37,881 bases of DNA. Origin: Trichinella spiralis. Lineage: Eukaryota. Both the position numbers and the translations under genes were made by a program. The stretch is taken from contig NW_003526940.1 of the NCBI RefSeq assembly GCF_000181795.1, positions 1,840,571-1,878,451 on the forward strand, read 5' to 3'. Below, piece after piece: positions 12,201-25,631 of this stretch (position 1 is the stretch's first letter; each line of letters opens with the position of its first letter). Under the pieces are notes generated by a model. That model was given only the letters and a program-made list of their open reading frames with translations. It had not been told where the DNA came from and did not search any database.

Positions 12201-13751
12201 CGACTGGGACGATGTGATTGCGGTCGATTTTACAAGAACCGCCGAATCGGTGCAGAGGCGTGGCGTTGATTTGAACATCATCTTGGAAAAGGACAAGATG
12301 AAAACCGATTTGGCAGCGTTATTTTTGGACAGGCAAGCGATGCTGAGCGACGAAGAATCGGATCGACTGATTGAAGATTACAACGAAGGTTGGTTGCTTA
12401 GTTGCTTGTTGGATGTGGGTGTATGTATAATTTTGCTTTGTGTTCCATTCGCAGATGTGGAATTGATGGAACCGTTCGTGTTGGAAGGGAAGAGGTTCAA
12501 TCGTTTGCCCCCTGAAGAATTCGGCATATTCTATTCCAGCGATTGTTATGTATTTCTGTGCCGCTATTCAGTACCGCCCGAAGGAATTGACGAAGTGCAG
12601 AGTGGTGAAATTCAAGCCGAAGAAGCCAAGGTGGCCGGTGGTGGAGAGGAGGAGGCCGACGGCAACGGTTCGAGCGGAACCGGCGCCGAAGCGGATTTCC
12701 AATGCGTGGTGTATTTCTGGCAGGGCAGGGACGCGAGCAACATGGGCTGGCTGATGTTCACGTTCAGCTTGTTGCCGAAATTTAAAAGCTTGTTCAAAGA
12801 CAAAGTGGACGTGGTGCGCACCAACCAGCAGCAGGAAAATCAAAAATTCCTATCTCATTTCAAAAAGCGGTTCGTCATCCGCCAGGGTCGACGCAACTTG
12901 TGCCTTTTCCCCGGATTCCAAAACTGGCCCAGATTGTACCAGTTGCGCGCCAACGGCGGCGCCATCAATTCCAGAACTGTCCAAATCGACTGCGACAGCT
13001 CGTTGTTGAATTCCGAATTCTGTTCCGCCCTGACCGTACCGTTCAACGTGCCGGACGAAAACGGCCACCGGGGCTGCATATTCCTCTGGATCGGTAGTCG
13101 GGCGTTGGCCAGTCAGGTCGAACTGCTCAGCGACGTGGTCGACAGGCGCCTGAATCCGGCCAAATGGCCAGTCGAACGCGTGCGGGAAGGCGAAGAACCC
13201 GAACTGTTCTGGAATTCCATCGGCGGTCGAAAACCATACGAACATAATGCCGACTTTATGCGTTACAGCAGGCTGTTTCGGTGCACCAACGAGAAGGGTT
13301 ATTTTGTCGTCTCTGAAAAGACGATCGACTTTTGTCAAGTATACGTGGACTTTTTTTCTACATGTTGTTGTGATTATCAATTTCTTCTTCTTCTTCAGGA
13401 TGATTTGGACGATGACGATGTGATGATTTTGGACAACGGCGATCAGATCATCATGTGGGTCGGTTCGAATGCTTCCGAAGTTGAGGTGAAATTAGCTTTC
13501 AAAGCGATGCAAGTAAGTCTGTTTTTTTTCTTGAAAAATGATCAACAAGATGAGCTAAAATTTGAATCATTTTGAATATACATATACATATATTTTTTCT
13601 TTTGCCAAAGGTATATTTTCAACATTTGCGACTGAAACAACCAGATCGACCGAGAAAGTTGGCGGCCACGGTAAAAGGGAAGGAACCAAAAAATTTCAAA
13701 AAGTGCTTTCACGCCTGGGCTAAGCACAAGCATCCGGCCGGTGAAATTTAA
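9206..13751 (+). CDS. fli-1: Protein flightless-I (LRR plus gelsolin repeats), multi-exon
   Basis: N-terminus MAGTGVLPFVRGIDLSGNDFS, then LRRs, FYNIDFSL, and gelsolin repeats (GKFYEGDCYIVL, IYYWIG, VYFWQGRDASNMGWL, RLFRCTNEKGYF). Ends CFHAWAKHKHPAGEI with TAA at 13749-13751. Confidence 0.95.
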
Positions 13752-14029
13752 TTCACTGCAGTTGTGTTCATTTTTCTCGAGTGCCTTTTGTTTTGCCAAA
13801 ACTATTGCTATATTGTTAGTTTATATGGTGCTTTTTATTTTATCTGTTTCAGCGCTGTTTAGTTTTATTATTGCCATTATCATTAGCTGAAAAATGAGAG
13901 TTTCGAATAAATAAATTTGAAGATAGAAAAATAAAATTCATTCTCTCTCATCAGATTGAAATGTTTCTTATTCACTGATTGATGCATTTTTTGAAGAAAG
14001 AAATCAATAAATCGTGAAAATGATCTTCT

Positions 14030-16471
14030 TTATCGTCGAAGACGAATCACTTCAGCTGCATCGGCTTGACAAGTCCACGAACGTGGTATGATCAGATCAA
14101 GAAAATTGTTCTACAGATTTATGATGAATATAAAAAGAGAAAGAAAGACAAATTGTAAAAACAATAGCATACATATACTGGTGGACAGTTGCTACGGGCG
14201 TACCATTCGCAGCTGTATGTACACATCAATATCCCGTTGCCGAGCATGATCAAAAACCACAAGCAAACGTTCCAAGCCCTGGTGTTTGTCGAACGCATCA
14301 GACGCATAATTCCGACTGGATTGAGCAAAATTTAAAAGCAACAAAGGCATATGAAATTTGCACCACAACAACAACGACAGGCTTGCTTACTTGGACCGGC
14401 GCAGAGAAAAAATTGAATAAACAGCACTGGATAGAAAAACCGAAGAGTCAGCGTTATTATATATTCGTGAACCACTGCCGACAGCAGAAATACAACGGTC
14501 ATCGCTGCGGTTCGATAAGAATCACCGAAAAGCTGAAAATTTGTTTGTTTGTTTGTCTGTATCTCGATGTAAATACAAAACATTCTTCCATACTGGTTGC
14601 ATGTCTTGATAGACGTATGCGTAGAGCCAGTCGTGGACAATAATGTTCCACCTCCTGTAATAAGAGGACATGCTGGTCGCGTTCCACCAATCCTGCAAGA
14701 AAAAGATTAACTATACCAAATTATTTCATCATCATCAATTTGCTAATTTTATCTTACCGCATAGAATAGTCGATCGCTAAATTGAAGCATCTCAGCGAAA
14801 GCGTTCATCCAGCAGTGCAGGACGGCGAAAAACGCCAACACAAAGCACAACGAGCCAGGCAAAACACAGCCAAGAGACGCGAGCAAATAATTTCTCCAAG
14901 TCACGTGATCTTTGTTGAAATTCTGAATTGGTGAATGAAATGTATTCAAATTTTTTTATTTTCAATGATTTCATCAATGTAAGTTTTTCATTGATGAGGA
15001 AACAGAATATATATATATATGTATATATGTACTTGGAAAATTGGCTCGCAAAAATGAATGAATAAGTAATATGCGTAAAACAGACAACCTGCAACTTCTA
15101 CAAAGTTTCGCACGACATATTTCCATTCAACTTTCGACTTCCTGCAAAATAAAATTGAAAAGTATCAAATTTGATCATAGTTATGAATAAGATTAAAAAA
15201 CAACCTTGGATAATTGTCGCGATAGATCAACGTCGGGGCAAAAAGAAAGTACAAAAATCTACCAAAATCTGGACAAGGATCTCTTACTGTATCAGCTTTT
15301 TCTAAGGTAATATTAAATTGTTTTAAGCAAAAACCAATTTCATACGAAGCAATATCGTAAACTTACGCTTGTTTTTTTGCTTCATTGCTTTATATTGGAA
15401 TGATTTGGGAACATTTTCTCGTACAAAAGAATAAGCTTTCATTAAAAATCTGACCTAATAAAATATTCTCCAATTTAAATTTTAATAACAGAAATTTGCT
15501 CTTTCAACATGCCTGTTCACAAGCAATCACCATTGTGGTTGCTAATGGTAAATCGAACTTTAACACATAATGAATCGGCACCACAATTAATGCAGCCATG
15601 TAGGCAATGTAGAGTGTTAAGAATAGAATGTTAAGAGACGCTATAAAAATAATCAAAGTGCCATTTTAATAAAAATAAACAATAAAATTAAATTAAAATA
15701 CGCAGGTTTTCCACATTGTATGCCCAGCAATGATAAGAAGGATAAAGCAGAAGAACGACACTGGAGAACATCGACAGCCAAATAGTAATCAACATTGGAA
15801 ACTTCCCAAAACACCAATAAAATAAATCCAATTTTAAATTTATACTGAAATTGCCATATTAAAAAAAGGAAAATTTTTCAACTACAATTTGATTTACCTT
15901 CCATTTAGAGCCAGCTCTTGAATCATGAGGTTTAAGATGAGCATGATCAGTGAAGCGATGAAAATGTGATAAATTGTGCGAAAATGAGTTGATTTAAATA
16001 AATCACTAAATGTAATACATTAAAAGGTGCTGTTCTTCCTGATTTACACTAAATTTAACAAGATCCACTCACGTGAGCAGGGAATTTTGTTCAACAAATT
16101 GTTTTCCGATTCCAGAGCTGCGTCTATAAGCAAATGAACAAGACAATATTTTAAAATAAATGAAAAATAATGGTATTTAAATTTTATTTTTAAGCATTTT
16201 AAAATTATGAATTTTTTCTCAATCACAAAAAAGTGTACACTATTGTTGGCTGTTGAATAGAAGGTACAGCATCAGTGGTGGTAGTGTCTGCTGAAACGGT
16301 GCTTTCGTTGAGCAACTTCTTTTCTGTACCGTCAATCAAATCGCTAAAATACTCTTCAAACAGATGCAAAACATCTTTACGAAAATCCTGAAAATTAGTT
16401 TTCACATCAATTAAACTTTTTAAAAAATTTTCTTTTAAACTTACTATTAGTTTTTCAATGCTGCAAGTCAT
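14030..16471 (-). CDS. SOAT1: Sterol O-acyltransferase (ACAT/SOAT, MBOAT family), multi-exon
   Basis: Spliced translation gives [64 protein letters not shown]...[14 protein letters not shown] (active-site His) and EWYAR..CP. The start codon is the least certain part. Confidence 0.9.
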
Positions 16472-17825
16472 AATTTTTCTAAAATTAAGAAAAAAATTGT
16501 CTATTATATCTAATATCTAAAGAAAATAATCACATAATTTTCGTAAATGCTCACTTTGATTACGAATGTCTTTATTGAAATATATTTAGTAAAAATACGA
16601 AATATTTCCATTTATTATAAAAACAAAAACGCGAAGAACTACAGAAATACGTAAGCAAGAATGCTGGACAAATTGAACAAATATTTATCATAATTAATTT
16701 ATCAAAAATTTCTCCAAAACACAACATTTATTAGTGCTTTTCATTCAAATTGATTCATTAACTCAATTTGAAAAGTCAATCAACATTGATACACTAAATG
16801 TAAAAAATATCCGTATTTAACACATCCGTTCTCTTAGCGCAGACATCCTTGTTGCTTACTTTTGTAAACAGCATTTCTATTGTGACGTTTAATAAACAAA
16901 CTTGATCCCATTTTATGCCTGGCAGATTTGTCATGTGACTAAAATTTTGTTTAATCAATACTGTGCCGTACAAATAAAGACCTGCATATAAATTGTAATT
17001 TCAAAATTTTAACAGAATATGATTTTAATTAAAAATTAAAATATAACATTTAAAAAATCTTAACATCTTATTTATTAATTTAAATTAAATTTACAACATT
17101 GTAATAAATAATATGACGAATTGAGTTTAGAATTTCAGCGAGCAAAAACTTAATACGGGAAAATTTTAATTTTGAAATAATTATATTTTAGCCGTATTTT
17201 TGCTTACTTTTTGAGAGTAGGATTTGCTTTTAATGGTTAATACAGCTCCATATCTCAGAATGTTAATTGAAACGGAGAGTAATGTAAAAATAAATATTTT
17301 TAGATGAAATCTTTTTAAATCATGTGTAATGAATTCTTTAAGAGATTCTTTTCCAAATGTAAAATCAGTGATAAACATATATACATCAAATGGACATCAA
17401 ATGCTGAAATTTACAACGCATCAAAAACCCTGTTTACAGCAATATTAAATTATTTGCCTCCCAACATACAAGTAAAACAAGATATCGTACTGTACTTTTA
17501 TTTAGTCTCTGGGCAAATGACCTCAGATGTTAACTTCTGATTATACATCAAAAGACCAAAGCGCCATTTCAGTTCTATTTGGCGTTTAATGACATTCATC
17601 ATTCTTCGCAAATATGCGCTTTAACTACATAAATTAACTACATAAACTGAGAGACTAAAAATTTGATTAAAAGTCCTTTAACAATTTCTACTCTAAATTA
17701 TGAAAGCAATAATTCGCATGCTAATTATCTACAGCAAAAGAAGAATAAAATATTTTGTTTCACTTATAGCAACTTTACCCATATCCCATATATACGTATA
17801 TACATAAGGGTACATATTTCAAATA

Positions 17826-18495
17826 CAGCTGAACTTAATGAAGTGCACATTGGATAAGTGCAAATTTGCCATAAGTGCACAAGATTTTGGCCTAACAACA
17901 TTTCTTGTAGTTAATTACTAGATAAAATAATGGATAAGTGCAAAACTTGGTTAGGTGCATCATTTTGCTGAGGTCCAGGGGATTTACTGCTCGCAATATA
18001 TAGTCGTGAGGGCACAATGGACGCGTCCTCGGTCGCTTTGCGTTTATCATCAGCCATAAAAACTATTAATACTCAGCAAAGTTTATTGTTCCCTATATCA
18101 GTAAGCACGAATAAGCACGCGTATCACAGACAAATTGAACTAGCCCAAAGTCAAGACAACTACAACTTTCCAAAGTAGTTATTCACAAAAAAGCTATTGC
18201 TAATTTTGTGACAGTTCGGTCATATTTTCACGAAAACAGTATAAATCAGACAAACCTAAACCGAAGTGAAGATCAGCTAGTAACGATGGTGGCACAAAAT
18301 ACAATTCAAACCCACATTTCTGACTATTTTATTTAAAATATATTGATATTTTTCGCATCAAACCTATTTATAAATGTGAAGTTATGGTTCTTTTCGATTA
18401 CTCTGCATAATTCCCAACTTTGGATAATGGCACAACTTGGATAAGTGCATGGAAATTCTTGCCAAATTTCATGCGCACTTAACCAAGTTCGACTG
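17826..18495. mobile_element. Degenerate non-autonomous pogo/Tigger-like element
   Basis: TA|CAGCTGAACTTAATGAAGTGCAC at the left end; the right end reverse-complements to CAGTCGAACTTGGTTAAGTGCGC. The ggataagtgca motif recurs subterminally at about 17852, 17932 and 18439. The right flank is TG rather than TA. Confidence 0.6.
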
Positions 18496-18919
18496 TGTAT
18501 TCACCATAGCGTTTTCCAAAAATGCATTAAAGTAAATTAATTCAAAATTCAAAAATAAGTATAAATTTCAACGTTTAATTTCTGCAGTAAATTATTTTTA
18601 TTTGAATGTTAAGTAATTTATTACTACCTGCATTTCTTTTATTAAAATATTACCTGTAGAAAAAGTTGTACTGTATAAAAAGTTTTCGGGTTTATTATCT
18701 TATTAATTGGTTCATTAAATTTTGTATTGGCTGTATTTTTTTAAAAATATAATGTAAATTTTATTTTAATATTTTTTTGCCAATATGATGATTTTTGAAG
18801 AGTAAAAAAATCCAAGTGAGAAGGTAAGTCTGCGAAAGGAAATTGCTTTGAAATAGATTTATTTCGTGTTTCAATTTTCACAGAGCCGGTGATGTATAAC
18901 TGATGAAGTGCTTATATCA

Positions 18920-21900
18920 ATGTTTAACACAATCGTCAAAAAACTAAGTATTTGTGGACGGTTGTTCAATTTTGTGTTGTAGTTTAAAAATGAGGAATTT
19001 TCAGAATCGAGAAGACGCAGTGGCTCCTCAAGCTGTGGAAGTGTGAATGAAGTCTCAAAGTCGATTTCATCTTTTGAAACGTCTTCCAGTGTTGCTGATT
19101 TGGTGATGCCAAGTAGCCCTTTGTCTTTTGAAACGGTTCTGAAGCTGAAAGAAGAGGAAAATCCGCCTGCGGATTGCCATTTCACGGATCAGTTTCAGCT
19201 TCATTGGTTGAAAAGTAGCTGCAGCTTAATGTGGTCATTAATTTTTAACCATTGCATTATTGGCTTTTCTTTTTATCAGATACTTCGTGCTCAAATTTGT
19301 GCATTCAGTCTCGTTCTCGTCTAATTTCAACACTGTTCGAAGTGTTACAGAATATTTCTGCATTGCCATATTTTTACTTATTCATGCATTCCATTCAGAA
19401 GAGTCAGTTATTGAAATTTCTTGCCGAAACTGACGCCTTTTACACTCTATATTGCCAAATAGAAGCCAACAAAAACAGTTTGCCAGGTAATTATTGATTG
19501 TCCAATTAGTTGTTTTGACCTTTTTTACTTTTATTGAAAATTTTTTTACCGTCTATTCTATATTTATTTTTGAGCAGAAATGGAGAAAATGGCGGTGAGC
19601 ATTTTTACAAAATATATGACTAAAGATTCACCATTTTGGATCAATTTACCAGATGAACTGCAAATTGAACAAATTAGTATGCTCAGTTGTACTTTTATTT
19701 GGTCGATCAAAATTCTCCTTTTACAGATTTAATATGCACTGCCGATAATAATGTAAATGTGAAATGTTTTGTTTCGTCTCAACTTTTTGTCTATCATCAT
19801 ATACAGCAGACCATTTTTCCCAATTTTTTGAAAAGTTCCTTTTATGCAAAATATTGTTTGGAATTTTTGTCGAAGAACTTTTTACAAGTAGACGATGTGC
19901 TGTACAACGAAGATTTGTCATTCTACTTTACTGAAGTATGTTCCATCTTTTAAAATATATTTTTTGAATAAATCAAAAACTGTCATTTTTTTAATTTTTA
20001 ATTTAATCAATGTGAAATTTTTCCTTAATATTTTTTGAATTCGACTGATATAATTTTGATTTAGCTAAGCATTTTTTTGATTCAAATTTTTTTTATTTTA
20101 GAAATGAAATGGTGTTGAACACGTAATTGCTTATTATTTTTTTATGGATAATTTTCATTGCAATTAAATTTTCACTTTTCACATTTTGTTAGTTAATTAA
20201 ATTATCAACTTTATATAAATTGACTGTGGAATAGATGTACAATTTCTCAAAGGGAAACTTTTTTTCACAAATTCTGTATAGTTCATGGTGCAAGAAGAAA
20301 AGCAAACGTTGTTGGAACTTTTGTTCGCAATAGAAAGTTCCATGTCTAGTGCTGATGCAGCAGGCAACTTTGATCGCATGTTAATCACATCTGATGCTAA
20401 GACAATATATAAAAAGTAAATTTGTTAATTATTTGCTTTAATTCATTGATTGATTAATTTAATAAATTTAAAATTTAGATATTTTTCTGAAGACGTTCCC
20501 GGTTGTATAACTTTGCCAAATGAACTTCGATGCCAGGTGGAATGTATGATAGATTCGCCAAATTCTGCAGCCGATTTATTTAATATACTTTCCAAACATG
20601 CATATAATTCTTTAGCTAATGTAAAATGAACATAAGCAGTTGTTTTTCTTTCATCATTTTTTGATTGCATTTTATTTTTTTCAACAGAGATACTTGCCAG
20701 GTTTCTTCCACAGTAGGTTGTATGCCAGGTATCTGAACGATCTGGTGTTGAAGTCTCGTTTGCCGGATAGTACATTAAATAATCGTTCTATTTCTTTAGA
20801 ACGTATGTGTGTAAATTATTTTATTAAAATTTTATTTTTTTTATTTTTGAAATTCTTTTTTAGAACTTAACTTTAACAAACGGGTTGAATTTCAAAATTG
20901 TGATGCACCTCAGAGTGAACACAGCTTGTTCACTTCAAGAAGCAAGTAATCCTAAATATACAATGCATGTAGTATAAATTTATTTACTTTAGAATACTTT
21001 TCTCTAGGCTGGGCATTGCTCATGTTGACCAGTTCGGACGTTATGTACGTGACATTGCAGATATTCCAAAAGTGTCATCCGATTCAAGGATAAAGGGTAT
21101 ATTTCTTTTCTTGTTTAGTTTGCTATTTATTGTTTTGCACATGTATGTATATTATAATGTTATTTTACATTATTATTTTGTTGTATGGTTTTTCTTTTTG
21201 TTTTGTATATTACATCAAGTTTTAGGATTTCGTTTCCCTAAAGTCATTCCAAAACTGATGAACAAAGAGCCTTCCAAGGTAAGATATTTTAATTAGAATG
21301 TATAACTAACTTTTTATTTTGAAATTAATTTTGGATAAGTTTAAGTTTTACTGTATGTTCTGGCCTAGTTAAGTTAAACTTTAAATTTCCATCACATCTT
21401 TTGAGGAAATTAATCAATAAAATGTAGTCGAAAACGCACTTTATTTATTTATACGAATAGGCCTGCTTTTTAGTTTAGTTAAATAATTAAATTGAATTTT
21501 GTGCATTACTGAGTTTTTATATTTCTGAGGAAAACATGAATATGTTGATAATTGTTTTTGACATTAAACACTTTTTGTTCATCATGAAACATTAGTTACA
21601 ATCCATGAAATGCGCACATTAATTGAATTATTTGCTGATTTATTTGTACATAAAATTATTCTATTTACCATTCCTAAATCAAGCATTTTTCTGTGTGAAT
21701 TATTTTTTATTCAATGCGCTTATTGATAAATAATAGTTATTGTTGAAGTTACCGTAAATATTATTTAATTGTTAAAATAAAATTTTCCACTTTCTATTTC
21801 TAATACAAGTGAATAAAATAATATTTCAGGAAGCAATATTGGAAGCTGAGCAGATTGCTGCATCGATTGTTCAAGATGTTCAATCGATGACATTGGACAG

Positions 21901-21925
21901 AAGTCAAGCTGATGACGAATGCTAA
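18920..21925 (+). CDS. AKAP10: A-kinase anchor protein 10-like (D-AKAP2), tandem RGS domains plus C-terminal PKA-binding helix
   Basis: RGS segments TLFEVLQNISALPYFYLFM...LLKFLAETDAF, IFPNFLKSSFYAKY, DDVLYNEDLSFYFTE and YLPGFFHSRLYARYL. Also AHVDQFGRY and last exon EAEQIAASIVQDV. Stop TAA at 21923-21925. The 5' exon structure is uncertain. Confidence 0.8.
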
Positions 21926-22401
21926 GCGATAGATGTCTGAAAAATGATAATAAAATATTTTTATTATATTTTTCTTCATAGCTAGTTCTTTTTTAAATCA
22001 CCTAATTATTGAATTGTTCTTTTTCTTGTTTATTTGTTGCAATTTTATAATTTTTTCATGCAATTCATTATATATGACTGAACACTTGGAATTATCTGCT
22101 AGATATTATTTTTTGAATAAAAGATATCTCTGCCTTTTTTCAATTATTAAATATCTGCGTGTTTACCTACAAATTCTGTTATGCGAATCGTGAAAATTTT
22201 TACAAAGCTTCACATTTCGTTTCAGATGTGCAAACGAATAATCTAAAAGTAAACTGTCTGTAATATTTAATTAACGATGAAAATATCCATTTATGATAGA
22301 TATTTCAGTAATGCAAAACAGAGCTGTCCAACTTTAGTTAATATGTGGGCCGCATAAAAAAATTTATCTGAAGGCAGCATCCAGAATAAATACAGAGTAT
22401 G

Positions 22402-23110
22402 TGTTACGCTTAATATTCAAAATTGCCTATTATTGATAATAGGCAGTTGCTCTAACCTATTCTTGATGGTAGGCAGAAAGATTGCCTAATATGAATAATA
22501 GGCAATTTTTTGCATAATACTGAGAATAGGCAACAAGCATATTTGCATAATATTGAAACGACGGGTCATGCGCCACGCTGTCTGTTGAAATGCTTTTATT
22601 AATGATATTCGCATTTATTGTCAGAAACGAATGTATCGCGCGATGTTCATTATACATTTTTTCATGACTTCCCTGGGTGACAACGAGAATTGCACAATAG
22701 TGCTTCAACTACATCGACCAGATCAGCAGCCCAATAAATACATACACTTCACATATCCTTGGCCGCCCGTAGCTTTAGTTATTGCATTTCTAAGAGAAAT
22801 TTCAGCGTTAGGTACTTCATCAGTTGATTGTAAATTTTCTGATATGACTTGTAAATCTGCAACTGTAAACTTTGATGCCAATTTTCCTTCTCTGCAACCA
22901 ACAGTGTACGTACAATCTTTCACATTCCACCATTACAACTACTAGGAAATTCTTCGGATCCGCAGGTCCACGGTCCACATCTCACACTATGAGTCTAGCA
23001 TTCTGATCTATATGAAGCGGCTTTAGCATTTTCATAGACCGCCGTGTCATTTTTGCTGCTGCTCTAGACTGCCCTGTTGCAGCTGATTTTCGTGCTTTTA
23101 TGAAAGTTTG
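22402..23110 (-). mobile_element. Truncated, diverged copy of the Ginger-like element (one TIR plus the integrase 3' end)
   Basis: Starts tgttacgcttaatattcaaaattgcc and is colinear with 3869 to about 4550. Encodes YTVGCREGKLASKFT...ATGGQGYVKCM. Confidence 0.85.
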
Positions 23111-23768
23111 ATCCTGATACGGCGAAAAAAGATTTGTCACTTATAAGTACATGGATTTCTTCTTATATTCTGCAATAATGGTACTTTTGGATTTTCCAAT
23201 ATTCGTCTCAAATGTTTTACTATATAATGTTGTGTAGTGTTGTTTTACATTATATATACTCTTTAGGCAGTGACAAAACTTGCATGCAAACAAGATATTG
23301 AATTTTATTCTTGTTAGTTGTAATCAAATATTCTGATTTTCATCAGCTTTGATGCATTCACTTTTCATCTTCAATTTTTCATTCATTGCCATACATGGTT
23401 GTCTGACGACAAGTACTAATAAAATCTATTAAGTAGAAGTAGTATGAAAATAAATCACAGCGAATAATTTGGTAAGAAGCGGCCACATAACTTCGATAGC
23501 TGAACACAAATCATGGAATAAAATACTCACAAATTGCAAACGTGTACTTGCTTTAATTTCAGATCTTTTCAATTAAGTGAAATTTCATTTTGATCAAACA
23601 CATGTTCAAATTTTACTCTAACACCTGTAGCACATGTAGCTAAATACTGAAATCCTTTCGCGTTAGCCGGCTTTTATTGGGTGGGGCACGAAATATTTTT
23701 ATGGAATTGCAAAAATAAAACATTAAAGTTAAAGAAATTTGTTTAGAATTTTTGGGGAATTCTTTTAA

Positions 23769-24243
23769 CCCTTTCAGGCCCACCGTATCAATTTTGATAC
23801 ATAATGTTTTATGCCCCATAGCTATTTACTAAAACGTTTTTGTTAGCCATGCTTGTGTTTATGTGTTCTTGACATTTGTCTTAACAATATTTTATTGCTA
23901 TTTTTTTTCTCATCTTAGTAGATTTTTTATAATGTGCTCTACTGTACAGGTAGGTAAGACAAAAAAACATGAATTTGCATTTTGATGCATAAATTGAGAA
24001 TTGAGCAGAATTTAAGAATAATAATTTTTTTACTAGTAGATGCTGATGTGAAGATGATGTTAAAATTAACTGCAGCCTCTAAAGTTTTTGGGGTGCTGAG
24101 TAGAGTTCCTTAGAATACCTGTATCAATTTTGATACACTGGACTTTAACGGAAACTGCGCATCATGTTTACTACCCTCAACGTACTCAGAATCGCTTGCC
24201 CAACCCCGTATTACTTTTCTGAGAAAAATCATTTAGGATGTCT
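23769..24243 (+). mobile_element. Left arm only of the piggyBac-like element
   Basis: TTAA|CCCTTTCAGGCCCACCGTATCAATTTTGATAC, nearly identical to 25632-26165 (shorter, as spans differ), then breaks abruptly after caccatcgctcata. Confidence 0.8.
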
Positions 24244-24746
24244 AATGAATTATTGTCAGATGCAATCAATAACATTTCTAAAAGTTTTGCACCATCGCTC
24301 ATAGGGATGGTGGATTCCGGGACAAATTTTCATGGTCTAATTTTACTGGTCGTTGAACTCGCTATTTCATTGGACCTTCAATTTGTCGTCTTATTAGTTT
24401 TCCTTATCTAATTGCTCATTGATTCGACTCTTCTTATGAGATAAGCTGGACTATTTTTTCCTTTCGATGAAAATCATAATTAATATTTGATTTTCTGACT
24501 TTACATCTAATTGCACAACTGAAATTTAGCTGCTCTATTTCGGATGAAGATTTGGAGGCTAAACTGATCAAAACCGTACAGTTCATTGAAAAAAAGCGAA
24601 CCTGCATAATTGGGTGTACGCTCTTTTCTGATATGTTCTCATTTTTATCTGCAACAAATCTGAAAGCAACTTCCACATTTATGAATGTCTTCATTTTATA
24701 AATAATTTAAAGCCACCTGTCCCAGAGAATATTTACNNNNNNNNNN

Positions 24747-25208
24747 GCCAGATGGAATTTGACTGTAGCGAGATTGGAAAATTTTTTCATACAATATTGC
24801 AGCTCCAAGGCAGCTAGGAGTGAAAAGCCAAACAAAGAAAATGCATTTCAGCGGCCAATAGATTGGTATAATGAAAGATATGCATTCAGCAAAATAATCA
24901 ATAAATCGAAACAAGCCAAAAATCACCCAATAAAACATCCATTGCTTACAGCTGACGTTTTCACTTGATTGCATCTCTATTAATGTCTTCATTGCTGGAT
25001 AACCAATGCATATGCAATTGCACAACAATCCTGCACCAGGGCTAACAATCAAAAGCACACAAATCACAATTGCTAACATCACCGCAGCTTGGTAACGACT
25101 TTTGCCAGTTTTTTGTTCAATTTTAGCAAACACTTTTCCCACCAATCTGCTTTCATCACCAATAGCGTTCCAAATATCATTGCAAATATTTTGAAGAATT
25201 TGGGCCAT
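24747..25208 (-). CDS. REEP5/DP1/Yop1 (TB2/DP1/HVA22) family ER-shaping protein, intronless; 3' end lost in the N gap
   Basis: LCNCICIGYPAMKTL...KQWMFYWVIFGLF...IPIYWPLKCIFFVWLF.P...GAAILY matches the HVA22 domain. Confidence 0.88.
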
Positions 25209-25631
25209 TTTTCAAGCAATCCAACAACCAACAAGCAGTCAGATTGAAGCAAGCAAAGCAAACTAATTACTGTTTCGAATAGTTATCTGTATTAACTGAA
25301 ACTTTAAAATAAGCTAAGTTTAAGTTTAAATTTAAAATGTTGGCTGAATTTTAAAACTACTTGTTCAAAGCTTTTGAATGGCCCCATTATATACTTAAAT
25401 GGCATATAAATATTATAAAATTGTAATTATGAAAATTAAATATTAATCATTTATCCGTTGAATCAATTTTTTCATTTGAAAAGCACATATGAATAATGGC
25501 TATTTTGAACCAACGAACAAATAAAACTGATGACGATTAAGGTGCCATATTTATAAGGAACATTATGCAAAAGTTTTCCCATATTCCAGCATTCCACATG
25601 TACGCGACAATTTGTATTTAATTTTCATTAA

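Noticed and set aside
18785..18823. ATG-containing upstream exon as the AKAP10 start
   Set aside because: In-frame TAA after six codons; more likely a 5' UTR exon.
22319..22385. cagagctgtccaac...gggccgca, resembling a hAT left end
   Set aside because: No matching right end or 8-bp TSD found, and it is too short to support.
24696..24746. REEP C-terminus as given by the ORF track
   Set aside because: It reads through an N gap of unknown true length.
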